The notes beneath the pieces were generated by a model. That model was not told the DNA's origin, searched no databases, and saw nothing but the letters and a program-made list of their open reading frames with translations. DNA of 62,397 bases, counting the filler, from Candidatus Tectimicrobiota bacterium (GTDB lineage: Bacteria > JACPSX01), in the NCBI GenBank assembly GCA_016193065.1. It is 9 parts of 9 records of this genome, joined end to end, with 100 filler letters (N's around TTAATTAATTAA, not from the genome) between each part and the next. Parts side by side here need not be neighbours in the genome. Positions count along the whole stretch, not along the records: positions 6,804 to 12,608 come from JACPSX010000097.1; positions 12,709 to 26,715 come from JACPSX010000242.1; 7 more parts are not named here. One strand, given 5' to 3'. Of the stretch, positions 9,832 through 18,518 are shown one piece after another. A program made the position numbers and the translations under genes. Position 1 is the stretch's first letter; the number at the start of each line of letters is the position of its first letter.

Positions 9832-10039
9832 GCACATCCTCGAATTGCCCGATCTTGTAGACGAGACGACGACAATGCAGTATATATACTCGACCCCTTC
9901 CGGTGGTGTCAAGGCTTTTTTAGGGCTTGCTCACCCCCAGTTCATCATCGAGGAAGTGGGACTTGGCAAAATCCTCGGGGTGCCCCCTTGGGCTCACGAA
10001 GCGCTTGCGACGTGAATTGTGTGGGCCGGATTAAGAGTT

Positions 10040-10275
10040 CCCTTCCTCGCAACCGCTTAGATCGCCTGCGGGGGCTACCCCTCGGACCGGGACGACTGAG
10101 GAGGCTGCCCGATCTGCCCTGAGCGGAACTGCCGGGAGCAATGGGGACCCACCGGGAGCGGCCAGGGATGGGAAACCGCGCAGCCTAGACTTGCTTGCAG
10201 ATAGCTGACCACTTAACGTGGCGGTAGCGGAGGGGTCCCACCCTGGGCGCCCCAGAAGGGTCATTGCGGAAGGCG
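10040..10275 (+). ncRNA. Candidate structured RNA of unknown family (strand inferred)
   Basis: About ten nested helices visible by eye, e.g. GCAATG/CATTGC, GGGACCC/GGGTCCC, CCGCTT/GAGCGG, AGATCG/CGATCT; no credible ORF. Confidence 0.5.
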
Positions 10276-10358
10276 TGAAGCGAAGGGCAGGAGGAAGCCC
10301 CTTTGCTATGGAGCCGCTTTCAGAGATGGGGGTGGGCAAGCTTTTTAAGGGGGTAGCA

Positions 10359-11513
10359 ATGCTTGCTGAGCGGGTAAAAACGTTCACGGAATCGGTGATC
10401 CGGGGAATGACCCGGGAGTGTCTGAAATACGGGGGGATCAACCTGGCCCAGGGCTTCCCCGATTTCGACCCCCCGGAAGAAATAAAGGAGGCCGCCGTCC
10501 GTGCGATTCGGGACGGCTACAACCAGTACGCCATCACCTGGGGGTCACCCAACCTGCGCCAGGCCATTGCTGAAAAGGTCGGGACCTACAACGGCATCCC
10601 GGCAGATCCGGAGAAAAACGTGGTGGTTACCTGCGGGGCCACGGAAGCCATGATCGCCTCTCTACTCGCCACGGTCAACCCCGGGGAGGAGGTGATTGTC
10701 TTCGAGCCCTTCTACGAAAACTACGGCCCCGACGCCACCCTGGCTGGCGCAAGCCCGCGCTATGTTTCCCTGCGCGGCCCCCAACTGAGGTTTGACCCGG
10801 AGGAGATGGAAAAGGCTTTCACGCCCCGGACTCGGGCTCTCATTCTCAACACCCCTCACAACCCAACGGGGAAAGTTTTCAGCGGCGAGGAACTGGAGAT
10901 CATCGCCCGGCTTTGCTGCCGGCACAACGTGATTGCGGTCACGGATGAGATCTACGAGCACATCCTCTACGACGGTGCCCGCCACGTGAGCCTGGCCACG
11001 CTGGAAGGGATGTCGGAGCGGACCATCACCATCAGCGGCCTCTCCAAAACTTACAGCGTGACGGGCTGGCGTTTGGGGTATACGATTGCCTCCCCGGAAA
11101 TCACCGACGGGATCCGCAAGGTTCACGACTTCCTGACAGTGGGGGCACCGGCCCCGCTTCAGGAAGCGGCGGCGGTCGCTCTGCGCCTGCCGGACAGTTA
11201 TTACCAAGGGCTGCAACTGGATTACGCGCGCCGGCGGGATCTTCTGTACGGCGCCCTCTGCGAGGCGGGATTTCAGTGCACGATCCCCAAGGGCGCTTAC
11301 TATATCCTCACGAACTTCGAGGCCTTCGATGCCGGGGACGATACGGAATTTGCCATGCGGCTGGTGCGGGATGTGGGAGTAGCTGCCGTACCGGGCAGCA
11401 GCTTTTACCACCATGCGGATCTGGGGAAAGGCCAGATCCGGTTTACCTTTTGCAAGAGGGAGGAAACCCTGCAAGCTGCCGCCAGGCGGCTTCTCACGCT
11501 AACCCGCCTGTGA
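10359..11513 (+). CDS. PLP-dependent class I/II aminotransferase (methionine/kynurenine aminotransferase-like)
   Basis: INLAQGFPDF, NTPHNPTGK, DEIYEH, SKTYSVTGWRLG. Confidence 0.92.
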   Translation: MLAERVKTFTESVIRGMTRECLKYGGINLAQGFPDFDPPEEIKEAAVRAIRDGYNQYAITWGSPNLRQAIAEKVGTYNGIPADPEKNVVVTCGATEAMIASLLATVNPGEEVIVFEPFYENYGPDATLAGASPRYVSLRGPQLRFDPEEMEKAFTPRTRALILNTPHNPTGKVFSGEELEIIARLCCRHNVIAVTDEIYEHILYDGARHVSLATLEGMSERTITISGLSKTYSVTGWRLGYTIASPEITDGIRKVHDFLTVGAPAPLQEAAAVALRLPDSYYQGLQLDYARRRDLLYGALCEAGFQCTIPKGAYYILTNFEAFDAGDDTEFAMRLVRDVGVAAVPGSSFYHHADLGKGQIRFTFCKREETLQAAARRLLTLTRL

Positions 11514-12608
11514 GTAAACGACTTCTCCCGCCTTCACCGTCATCACGATCACTGCGGCATCTGGAGATTCCACGAAGTCCGGGGTTACCGCCACCAGATC
11601 CGCCTGACAGCCCACCGCGATGGACCCGATACTGGTTTCCCGGGAAATTGCGTCTGCACTGCCGCGTGTGTAAGCAAGGACCGCCTGCCACAGTGAGAGG
11701 CGCTGGGCCGCAACCGGATGATAGAGGGCTCCTTGAATCCCCAACAGAGGTCCGGGAGGCATAGAATCTGAACCAAAACAGAGGGGGATGCCGGCGTCCC
11801 AGACTTGGCGGAACGGGTTGGCCTGCCGACCTCGCTTCCCGAGCTTCTGTTCGTAAAGCCCCCCAGGGGCCTGCCAGTTCGCCACAAAATTCGGCTGCAT
11901 GGACAGAGAAAACCCGCCGCGCTTCACCCCCTCCAGGTGGTCATTCCTGAGAAGTTCCGCGTGCTCGATCCGATTCCAACCGTGAGGTCTTTCCCGCAGC
12001 CCACCCGCTTTGCGGGTACCCGGGGCCACGGCCAGGATCTGGCTGATGGCGCGGTCTCCGATGGCGTGGATGGCAAAGGGGACACCCAGGCGCACCATGT
12101 TCTCCAGGCATTCTCCCATCTCCCGATCGGAAAACAGCAAGCTGCCGCGGTTTTCAGGCTCACCCCTGTAAGGTTTCTCGAGGGCCGCCGTCCCGGCCCC
12201 GATGGAGCCATCGGCAAAGATCTTGACCCCCACCACCTCCACCCTTCCTTTCTTGGCCTGGAAATACCGGCGGATTTCCCCAAAACGATCGGACATGGCC
12301 AGGGGAAGATAGCAGAAGATGTCCAGCGGCAGACTCCCGGCGCGGTCCAGGAGTTCCAGCGTTTCCTCTCCATCGATCATCTCGTGAACCGAGGTGATTC
12401 CCAGTGCGGAGATCTGTGTCAGGACTTCCCAGAAGTCCTGCTTCAAGAATGCGAGATCCCGGGGGATGAGGTCTTCCGTTTTCCACAGGGCCTGCTCGCG
12501 GATCAAGCCATTTTGGGGGGACTCCTTGGCGGTGATCTCCGCAGGCAGAAGGGAGAGAGCGCGGGAATTGATGACCCCGGCATGTCCGCAGACCCGCCGC
12601 AAGAGCAC
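11499..12608 (-). CDS. Amidohydrolase (YtcJ-like, Amidohydro_3), 5'-truncated
   Basis: CGHAGVINSRAL, KIFADGSIG, HAIGDRA, RIEHAE, FGSDSMP. Confidence 0.9.
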   Translation of the reverse strand: MLLRRVCGHAGVINSRALSLLPAEITAKESPQNGLIREQALWKTEDLIPRDLAFLKQDFWEVLTQISALGITSVHEMIDGEETLELLDRAGSLPLDIFCYLPLAMSDRFGEIRRYFQAKKGRVEVVGVKIFADGSIGAGTAALEKPYRGEPENRGSLLFSDREMGECLENMVRLGVPFAIHAIGDRAISQILAVAPGTRKAGGLRERPHGWNRIEHAELLRNDHLEGVKRGGFSLSMQPNFVANWQAPGGLYEQKLGKRGRQANPFRQVWDAGIPLCFGSDSMPPGPLLGIQGALYHPVAAQRLSLWQAVLAYTRGSADAISRETSIGSIAVGCQADLVAVTPDFVESPDAAVIVMTVKAGEVVYSQAG

Positions 12609-12708
12609 NNNNNNNNNNNNNNNNNNNNNNNNNNNNNNNNNNNNNNNNNNNNTTAATTAATTAANNNNNNNNNNNNNNNNNNNNNNNNNNNNNNNNNNNN
12701 NNNNNNNN
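12609..12708. other. Artificial contig linker
   Basis: N44-TTAATTAATTAA-N44. Confidence 0.99.
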
Positions 12709-13140
12709 CACGTCGGCTGCGAGCACGGAGTCTGCGGCTGCTGCACCGTTCTCATCGACAACCACCCAACTCTTGCCTGCCTCACCCTGGCTCACAGTGC
12801 CGCTGGACACATGATCACCACCATCGAAGGAGTTGCCCAAGGAGGTGTCCTTCATCCTTTGCAGGAAGCTTTTTTGGAAGTGGGAGCGGTTCAGTGCGGC
12901 TATTGCACTCCGGGGATGATTCTGACGGCCAAGGCCCTCCTGGACGAAGAGCCCGAGCCCAGCGAAGAACAGATCCGCCAGGCCCTGGCGGGCAACCTCT
13001 GCCGCTGCACGGGCTACCAGGCCATCATCGACGCCGTGAAGCTTGCCTCAAAGCGGTTGCTGGCCGGTCAGGATACTGGCCTGGAGACTTCCCCTCCTCC
13101 CAGGTGGCACGATCTCAGTTCGAGACCCCCTGAGAGATAA
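12709..13140 (+). CDS. (2Fe-2S) small subunit of a molybdenum hydroxylase (CoxS/XdhC-like), 5'-truncated
   Basis: [29 protein letters not shown]. Confidence 0.93.
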   Translation, partial: HVGCEHGVCGCCTVLIDNHPTLACLTLAHSAAGHMITTIEGVAQGGVLHPLQEAFLEVGAVQCGYCTPGMILTAKALLDEEPEPSEEQIRQALAGNLCRCTGYQAIIDAVKLASKRLLAGQDTGLETSPPPRWHDLSSRPPER

Positions 13141-13202
13141 GCTCGCGATATGCTAAGATATGAAAATGAAACGAAGCCCTGAAAACGAGGTAGGGGTGTT
13201 CG

Positions 13203-13514
13203 ATGACCCGCAGTGAACGTCTTGTTGCCATTGCCGAAAGACTTCGCCGCGATTACCACGCAGAACGTGTAATCCTCTACGGCTCTGTCGCCCGGGGTGA
13301 CGAGACCGAAGAGAGCGATATAGACTTGCTGATTATCGCCTCGACGAGGGAACACTTCTACGAGCGGATGGCCACGGTCAGAAAAATCATGCGGCCCCTT
13401 CGTGCGGGACTCGTTCTCTCTCCCATCGTTCTGACCCCTCAGGAGATTCAGGCCAGCGTTGAGCACGGAGACCAGTTTATCGAGGAGATCCTGAACGAAG
13501 GGATTGATCTGTGA
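13203..13514 (+). CDS. Minimal nucleotidyltransferase (MNT) antitoxin
   Basis: ILYGSVARGDETEESDIDLLII. Confidence 0.9.
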   Translation: MTRSERLVAIAERLRRDYHAERVILYGSVARGDETEESDIDLLIIASTREHFYERMATVRKIMRPLRAGLVLSPIVLTPQEIQASVEHGDQFIEEILNEGIDL

Positions 13515-13909
13515 CCACACCAATGGAGTCATCATACCCGGCTGACTGGAAGCGGTTAGCTCACAAGGATTGGCGGCGGATCAGGCTTCACCTTCGAGAA
13601 AATGATCCTGAGGGAGCAGCATTGTTCCTCCAGCAAAGCCTCGAGAAATTCCTCAAAGCCTATCTTCTGGAGCGGGGCTGGAAACTTAAGAAGACGCACG
13701 AACTTGACGCTCTACTGGAAGAAGCCTGTGTCCACGATCCCGGCCTTGTGTCCTTCCAGGACCTGTGCGAGCGAGTCTCGGGTTATTACCTTGCAGAGCG
13801 TTATCCAATCGGATCGCAGGCTCCTCTGCCGATTTCCGCAGTAGAACGGGATGTGGACCAAGCGCGCCATCTCATAGACCATCTGTTCCCCGAAGAAACA
13901 CTCGAATAA
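13511..13909 (+). CDS. HEPN domain toxin
   Basis: LQQSLEKFLKAYL, KTHEL, YLAERYP; coupled to MNT. Confidence 0.9.
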   Translation: MTTPMESSYPADWKRLAHKDWRRIRLHLRENDPEGAALFLQQSLEKFLKAYLLERGWKLKKTHELDALLEEACVHDPGLVSFQDLCERVSGYYLAERYPIGSQAPLPISAVERDVDQARHLIDHLFPEETLE

Positions 13910-13995
13910 CTCCCTCTTCAGGTGAAGGCAGGAGCTTTCTGGAAGCTCCTGCCCTGAAGAGGCTTACTTACCGTGCAAGATACCTCACTCTCTCC

Positions 13996-14088
13996 GGGAA
14001 CCTCTGCCGCTGCACGGGCTACCAGGCCATCATCGACACCGTGAAGCTCGCCTCCAAGCGCCTGCTTGCCAGCAAAGAGAGCACCTGA
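13996..14088 (+). repeat. Second copy of the coxS-like 3' end with its own stop codon
   Basis: Encodes [30 protein letters not shown], near-identical to ~12991-13065. Confidence 0.9.
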
Positions 14089-14139
14089 GAAGTTTTCTCA
14101 TGCGCAAAAAACCTACGAAGAGGAGACAATTGCAGATCA

Positions 14140-14887
14140 CATAGCAATTCCGAGGAGATTTTCTTAAATCCTCAATCCTATCTCTCAACTCGCCGATCTT
14201 GTTTTCCAGTCCAAGCCCGTAAAACCCCGACACTTCTGCCAAGAGATCCGTCATCATCCAAAGTCCGTACTCGATGGCCACATAAGCCCGTAGCATTGCA
14301 ATTTCGGTTTGACTACTGGTTAAAGTCCCATCGGAAAGAGGCATGTGTTCTTGGAGGTCACCAACATGGGCCGTCTCGCAAGCTTGCCTGTAAATCCCCT
14401 GGTAAACCGATCTGAGTCCACTATCGCGAGCCTTTTTCTCCAGCTTAAGTTTCTTATAGTTTTTCCACTCGTCATCCAAGCCAAGGGTAATCGCTTTGAA
14501 ATCGTTATCCCATGAGGAAATGTATTGTGCTTAATTCGCAAAGTTGCCGACATTTTGAAGAAATGTGATTTTCTGACGAATCCCTTCTGCAATAACAAGC
14601 TTAGCTCTCGTATCATCTGTTTTCTGCACAACCCAGTGAAGATAAATGAAACACTCAACTAATGTCTTTAAATGGTGAAAGGCCTCTGGGCGATTTTTTT
14701 GCACGTCTTCAACTAAGCATTCAAACGTGTCGGACATTTTCAGGCCAAAGCCAATGAGCACGCGATTCCGCCAACTCAATTGCTGACCTTGTACCTGAAG
14801 AAGGATTTTGTCTTTAGTATCCTTGACAAAGGAGCGCAATTCTTCGGCAAGCTCCATATATCCCTGTAGCTTCTCATCTGCCGACAT
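14140..14887 (-). pseudogene. DUF5677-like (HEPN-related) gene with premature in-frame stop
   Basis: ORFs 14887-14531 and 14479-> share one frame, separated by a single TAA at 14533-14531; YRQACETAH motif; AT-rich; 3' limit approximate. Confidence 0.55.
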
Positions 14888-15094
14888 CTTCTTCTCCTTT
14901 TTGCCGAATGCCTCCCATTCTCATCTCCTCTGCCCAGGTCTCCAGATATTGGATGGAAGTTCCTACATCAGCGGGATGCAAGACAAAGGGCATTACAGAT
15001 ATAACTGGATCAATTGACAATGGCTCCAGGCTCCAGAAACGTTCCCCAAAAGGGCCGAGCTCTTTGCTTTTGATTCCAGCCGGGGTAAACCCCA

Positions 15095-15251
15095 GGATGG
15101 AGAGTTGCGGTCCCTGCGTGCCCGGCCTCGGATAGCAACCCGCCGGGCGGGGGTGGTTTACCAAAGTCAGTCGGCCCTCTTCGAAGTCCCAAGAAGGGGC
15201 CGGCTCCTCAAAAGGCGAGTTAATGACGGGATTATCCACTACGAGGGACAT
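15095..15251 (-). pseudogene. N-terminal remnant of a type III restriction (Res/helicase) subunit
   Basis: MSLVVDNPVINSPFEEP...RPAG resembles the N-terminus of that family; resemblance lost after ~50 codons. Confidence 0.55.
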
Positions 15252-15661
15252 CAGAGACTGCCGGCTATGGCTTCCGATGGGGCCTTTCTGCCACGCCTGG
15301 TCCGGTCAAAATCTGCATCAAAACTGACTATAGTCAGGTCAAATTTTTCCGCAGCAACAAGCTGATAGGCATCGTCGAAGTCCAATTGGAATTGGCGCCC
15401 AGCCGTAATCACTTCCTTGAGGTCACCAGTTTCCAGATGGATTTTCCTGACTCCGGAATCTTCAAGAACATCTGTGAGGAAGTCTCGAAACACCCCATCT
15501 TTTCTTAACCGAATGAGAATGACACCAATAGAGTAAAGAGCAAAATCGGTTATCGAGAGAAGACTTGCTTCGGTTTCTGTGAAGAATCTGCGAGCCTCGG
15601 CTGCCTTTTCCTGTTCCAGGAGGAGTTCTAACCAAACGTTAGTGTCAATCAGAAACATCAA
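15251..15661 (-). CDS. PIN-domain (VapC) toxin
   Basis: FLIDTNVWLE, LDFDDAYQ, VSFDADFD. Confidence 0.9.
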   Translation of the reverse strand: MMFLIDTNVWLELLLEQEKAAEARRFFTETEASLLSITDFALYSIGVILIRLRKDGVFRDFLTDVLEDSGVRKIHLETGDLKEVITAGRQFQLDFDDAYQLVAAEKFDLTIVSFDADFDRTRRGRKAPSEAIAGSL

Positions 15662-15864
15662 TCACCCCACCATTCCAACGCCTTCCTTTGAAGTTCCAAA
15701 GAGGTAAACTGATCCCGAAACTCCCTTAGCCCTCCTGCCCAACTCAGGCGCAACTTTTTTTGCTTCGGCCGAGCTCTTCTCTCCAGTAAGGCCCGAGCAA
15801 AATCCTGAACTTCTTTCCGCAGCTCCGGCGGCAACTGTTTCATAATCTCTTCAATCGTGGACAT
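15658..15864 (-). CDS. DUF2281-family antitoxin
   Basis: LPPELRKEVQDFARALL...LSWAGGL; coupled to PIN toxin. Confidence 0.85.
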   Translation of the reverse strand: MSTIEEIMKQLPPELRKEVQDFARALLERRARPKQKKLRLSWAGGLREFRDQFTSLELQRKALEWWGD

Positions 15865-15922
15865 GAGTTTACCTCTCTTGGCTTTCGCCTTTGACCTTCC
15901 TCGCGCATCGTGCAGAAGGGAG

Positions 15923-16231
15923 TCACGCTTGGCCATACACGACCTCAGCTTTGGCCAGAACCTCATCGCGGAAATATTTGCTCAAAGACCTAGGAGTGTT
16001 GATATCCACCTTCTTACAGCCGCCCAGAACCGCCAACAACTCTTGCTCCAAATCGTACAGCTTGAACAAGCCCACCCGGGCCCCTGGCTCAAACTCCACC
16101 AGCACGTCCACGTCGCTTTCCGGGCCGAAGTCTTCTCTGAGGACGGACCCGAACAGAGCCAGCTTTCGGATGCAATGACGCCGGCAGAAATCGGCGATCC
16201 TGTCTTTTCGTATCTCGATGCTTGTCTTCAT
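15923..16231 (-). CDS. MNT antitoxin (MntA-like); cognate HepT toxin missing
   Basis: LALFGSVLREDFGPESDVDVLVEF, KVDINT, YFRDEVL. Confidence 0.9.
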   Translation of the reverse strand: MKTSIEIRKDRIADFCRRHCIRKLALFGSVLREDFGPESDVDVLVEFEPGARVGLFKLYDLEQELLAVLGGCKKVDINTPRSLSKYFRDEVLAKAEVVYGQA

Positions 16232-16398
16232 TCTGCAACTCGGAGTCTGAGGCTCTCTCCAACCTCGGACAAAGTACCCTGGTGAACGCCCTCACCGAGA
16301 ACTTCCACTTATTGTTAAGTTTAGCACACATCCGGATCCGTTTATAGCCCGCCAACCACCCCTACATCTTCATCCCCAGTCAGGCGCTCAGGCGTCAG

Positions 16399-16650
16399 GT
16401 CAGCTACCAGAAACTCTCATTCCGTAGCGCCGAGCAGGCGTACGAAGTGGCCGCTCCCTCTCAACGCACTCTTCTGCGGGTCCTGCGGGATGACCCGGTA
16501 AATCGGGTCCGATTTAGGCCCTCCTGGACGAAGAGCCCGAGCCCAGCGAAGAGCAGATCCGCCAGGCCCTGGCGGGCAACCTCTGCCGCTGCACGGGCTA
16601 CCAGGCCATCATCGATGCCGCCCAACTCGCCTCCAAGCGGTTGCTTCCTA
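16399..16650 (+). pseudogene. Internally deleted third coxS-like copy
   Basis: 16399-16495 encodes YEVAAPSQRTLLRVLRDD (CoxS N-terminus-like); 16516-16646 near-identical to 12932-13062. Confidence 0.8.
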
Positions 16651-16810
16651 GCCCCAAGACCACCCCGCCCGCTCTGTAAGTCTGAGTGCCTGCAACGTCA
16701 GGTACGCACTTTGGTCAGCGAGGAAATTAGGTTGCACAGCGGCTGCGCTGAAGGCCGACCATTAGCGAAGGTCAACATTGTGGTAAAATGAATGCCGGGA
16801 GGTGACTTCT

Positions 16811-17035
16811 ATGCGGCTTGAGCTAACCGCGGTCTTCAGGAAAGTGCCCGAGGGCTATATCGGCTTCGTCGAAGAGCTTCCAGGCGCAAACACTCAAGGA
16901 GCTACGCTGGAGGAGGCGCGGGCGAATCTCCGGGAAGCCGTCGAGCTTGTACTGGAAGCCAACCGCGCTCTGGTGGAAGAGGCGCTGGGTCAGGAGGACG
17001 TAATTCGGGAGCCTCTTCGGATTTCTGCCGGGTGA
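16811..17035 (+). CDS. hicB: HicB-family antitoxin
   Basis: GYIGFVEELPGANTQGATLEEARANLREAVEL; GGAGG RBS. Confidence 0.9.
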   Translation: MRLELTAVFRKVPEGYIGFVEELPGANTQGATLEEARANLREAVELVLEANRALVEEALGQEDVIREPLRISAG

Positions 17036-17217
17036 AGCGGCGGGAACTTATCCGGCATCTGGAAGCCCACGCCTGCGAGTTTCTCCGGGAAGGCAGCAAT
17101 CACACCGTTTACGTCAACCGCAAGGCTCGCAAAGTTTCCACTGTCCCACGGCACCGTGAAATCAACGACTTTCTCGTACGGAAGATCTGTCGGGATCTGG
17201 AAATCCCAGAGCCCTGA
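17032..17217 (+). CDS. hicA: HicA-family toxin
   Basis: REGSNHTVYVN...TVPRHREI...KICRDLEI. Confidence 0.92.
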   Translation: MKRRELIRHLEAHACEFLREGSNHTVYVNRKARKVSTVPRHREINDFLVRKICRDLEIPEP

Positions 17218-17530
17218 TGACAATGACGCGCTTCGCGCCCCAGCATATCCGTTTGATCGTTATAACGGATGGAAACTGAAACCCGGAGCCGCACATCGGA
17301 GCTTCAGGCAGCCACGTGGCTCATTTCAGAAGCCACCTCGGTCGCAACCTCCAAAATCACCATGGATGTTTCTTCTTGAGTTGCGCAAACCGTTTTAGTG
17401 CCTTGCGCATGGACCAAAGGACGGGAGACGGTTCCACTTTGCGCATGGCGATTTTCTGGCCCAGAAGCCATCGCTTGACTTCTGTTTCAGCCCATTTTGT
17501 CGCCATTGTTTTCCTGCCGAGGACTCCCGT

Positions 17531-18217
17531 TTAAGCCCTGACCGTCTCCTTCTGAATGAGCGCCATCTGTTTGAACTCTTCGAAGGTGATCACGTCGGCG
17601 TATTTGGAGTTCAGGTCGAACAGGTTGGCGGTGTGGGCATAGTTCGAGCGGTCGAAGCACCCTTCCTCCACCAGGAAGACCTTGAAGCCGTGAGCGAACG
17701 CATCCACCGCAGAGGCCCGCACGCACCCGGAAGTGGAGACGCCCACCACGACCACCGAGTCCACGCCGTGGCGCACGAGGTGGGTGACCAGGGGAGTCCC
17801 GAAAAAGGCGCTGGCCTTGCACTTCTCCAGCACCCACTCTTCAGGCAGTGGCTTGATCTCTTCGGGAATCTCATTTCCCCTGGGGTCCATGAGCCGGGCT
17901 GATTTGGTCGCTCCGCCGCTGGCGCGCTGTTCGTTCAGGTCAAGCCGGGTAAAGATAACGGGCCAGCCCTGCTCGCGAAAGATCGTGAGGAGGGAATGGA
18001 TGGTCTCCAGGGCTACCCATCCCGCCGGACCGCAGGCGGTGTGAAATTCGTCCACCGCATCCTTCACCGAGCGATGCTGGCGCGAGCCGATGAAGGCCAG
18101 CGTGCAGTCGATGACCAGCAAGGCCAGCTTCTTTCCAAAGCTCTGGCGCTGGCCAAAACCCGCCTTCTCATAAACCTCTCGTTCTTCCCGGGGGACCTGC
18201 TCCAACCACCTGGCCAT
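17531..18217 (-). CDS. Isochorismatase-family cysteine hydrolase (maleamate amidohydrolase/N-carbamoylsarcosine amidase-like)
   Basis: ALLVID, K.KASAFFGT, GVSTSGCVRASAVDA, NLFDLNSKYADV. Confidence 0.9.
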   Translation of the reverse strand: MARWLEQVPREEREVYEKAGFGQRQSFGKKLALLVIDCTLAFIGSRQHRSVKDAVDEFHTACGPAGWVALETIHSLLTIFREQGWPVIFTRLDLNEQRASGGATKSARLMDPRGNEIPEEIKPLPEEWVLEKCKASAFFGTPLVTHLVRHGVDSVVVVGVSTSGCVRASAVDAFAHGFKVFLVEEGCFDRSNYAHTANLFDLNSKYADVITFEEFKQMALIQKETVRA

Positions 18218-18518
18218 CTCTCTACCCTCCATTGCAGGCGCCACATTCTCCTTAGTGTCCGGAGACAATTTGGGTGCCTGCGGACTGACCGTCGAGGAAA
18301 CGAAAATTGATCTGATTCTCCTGTTGAACTGCCAGGAGCATACCCCGGGATCTTCCGGCAAGTCAAGGGTCTCTTGGCTCTCCGTTCCCCCGGAAAGGAG
18401 CCATGCAGCAAGGCTGGTAGTGTATGTTGACCAAAGGCTTAGGTTTTCCTACAATAACTCTTGGTTCCGGAATCTGCGCTTTCCCCATCGGAGAGCCGAG
18501 CAAGGAGAGGCATTCATC

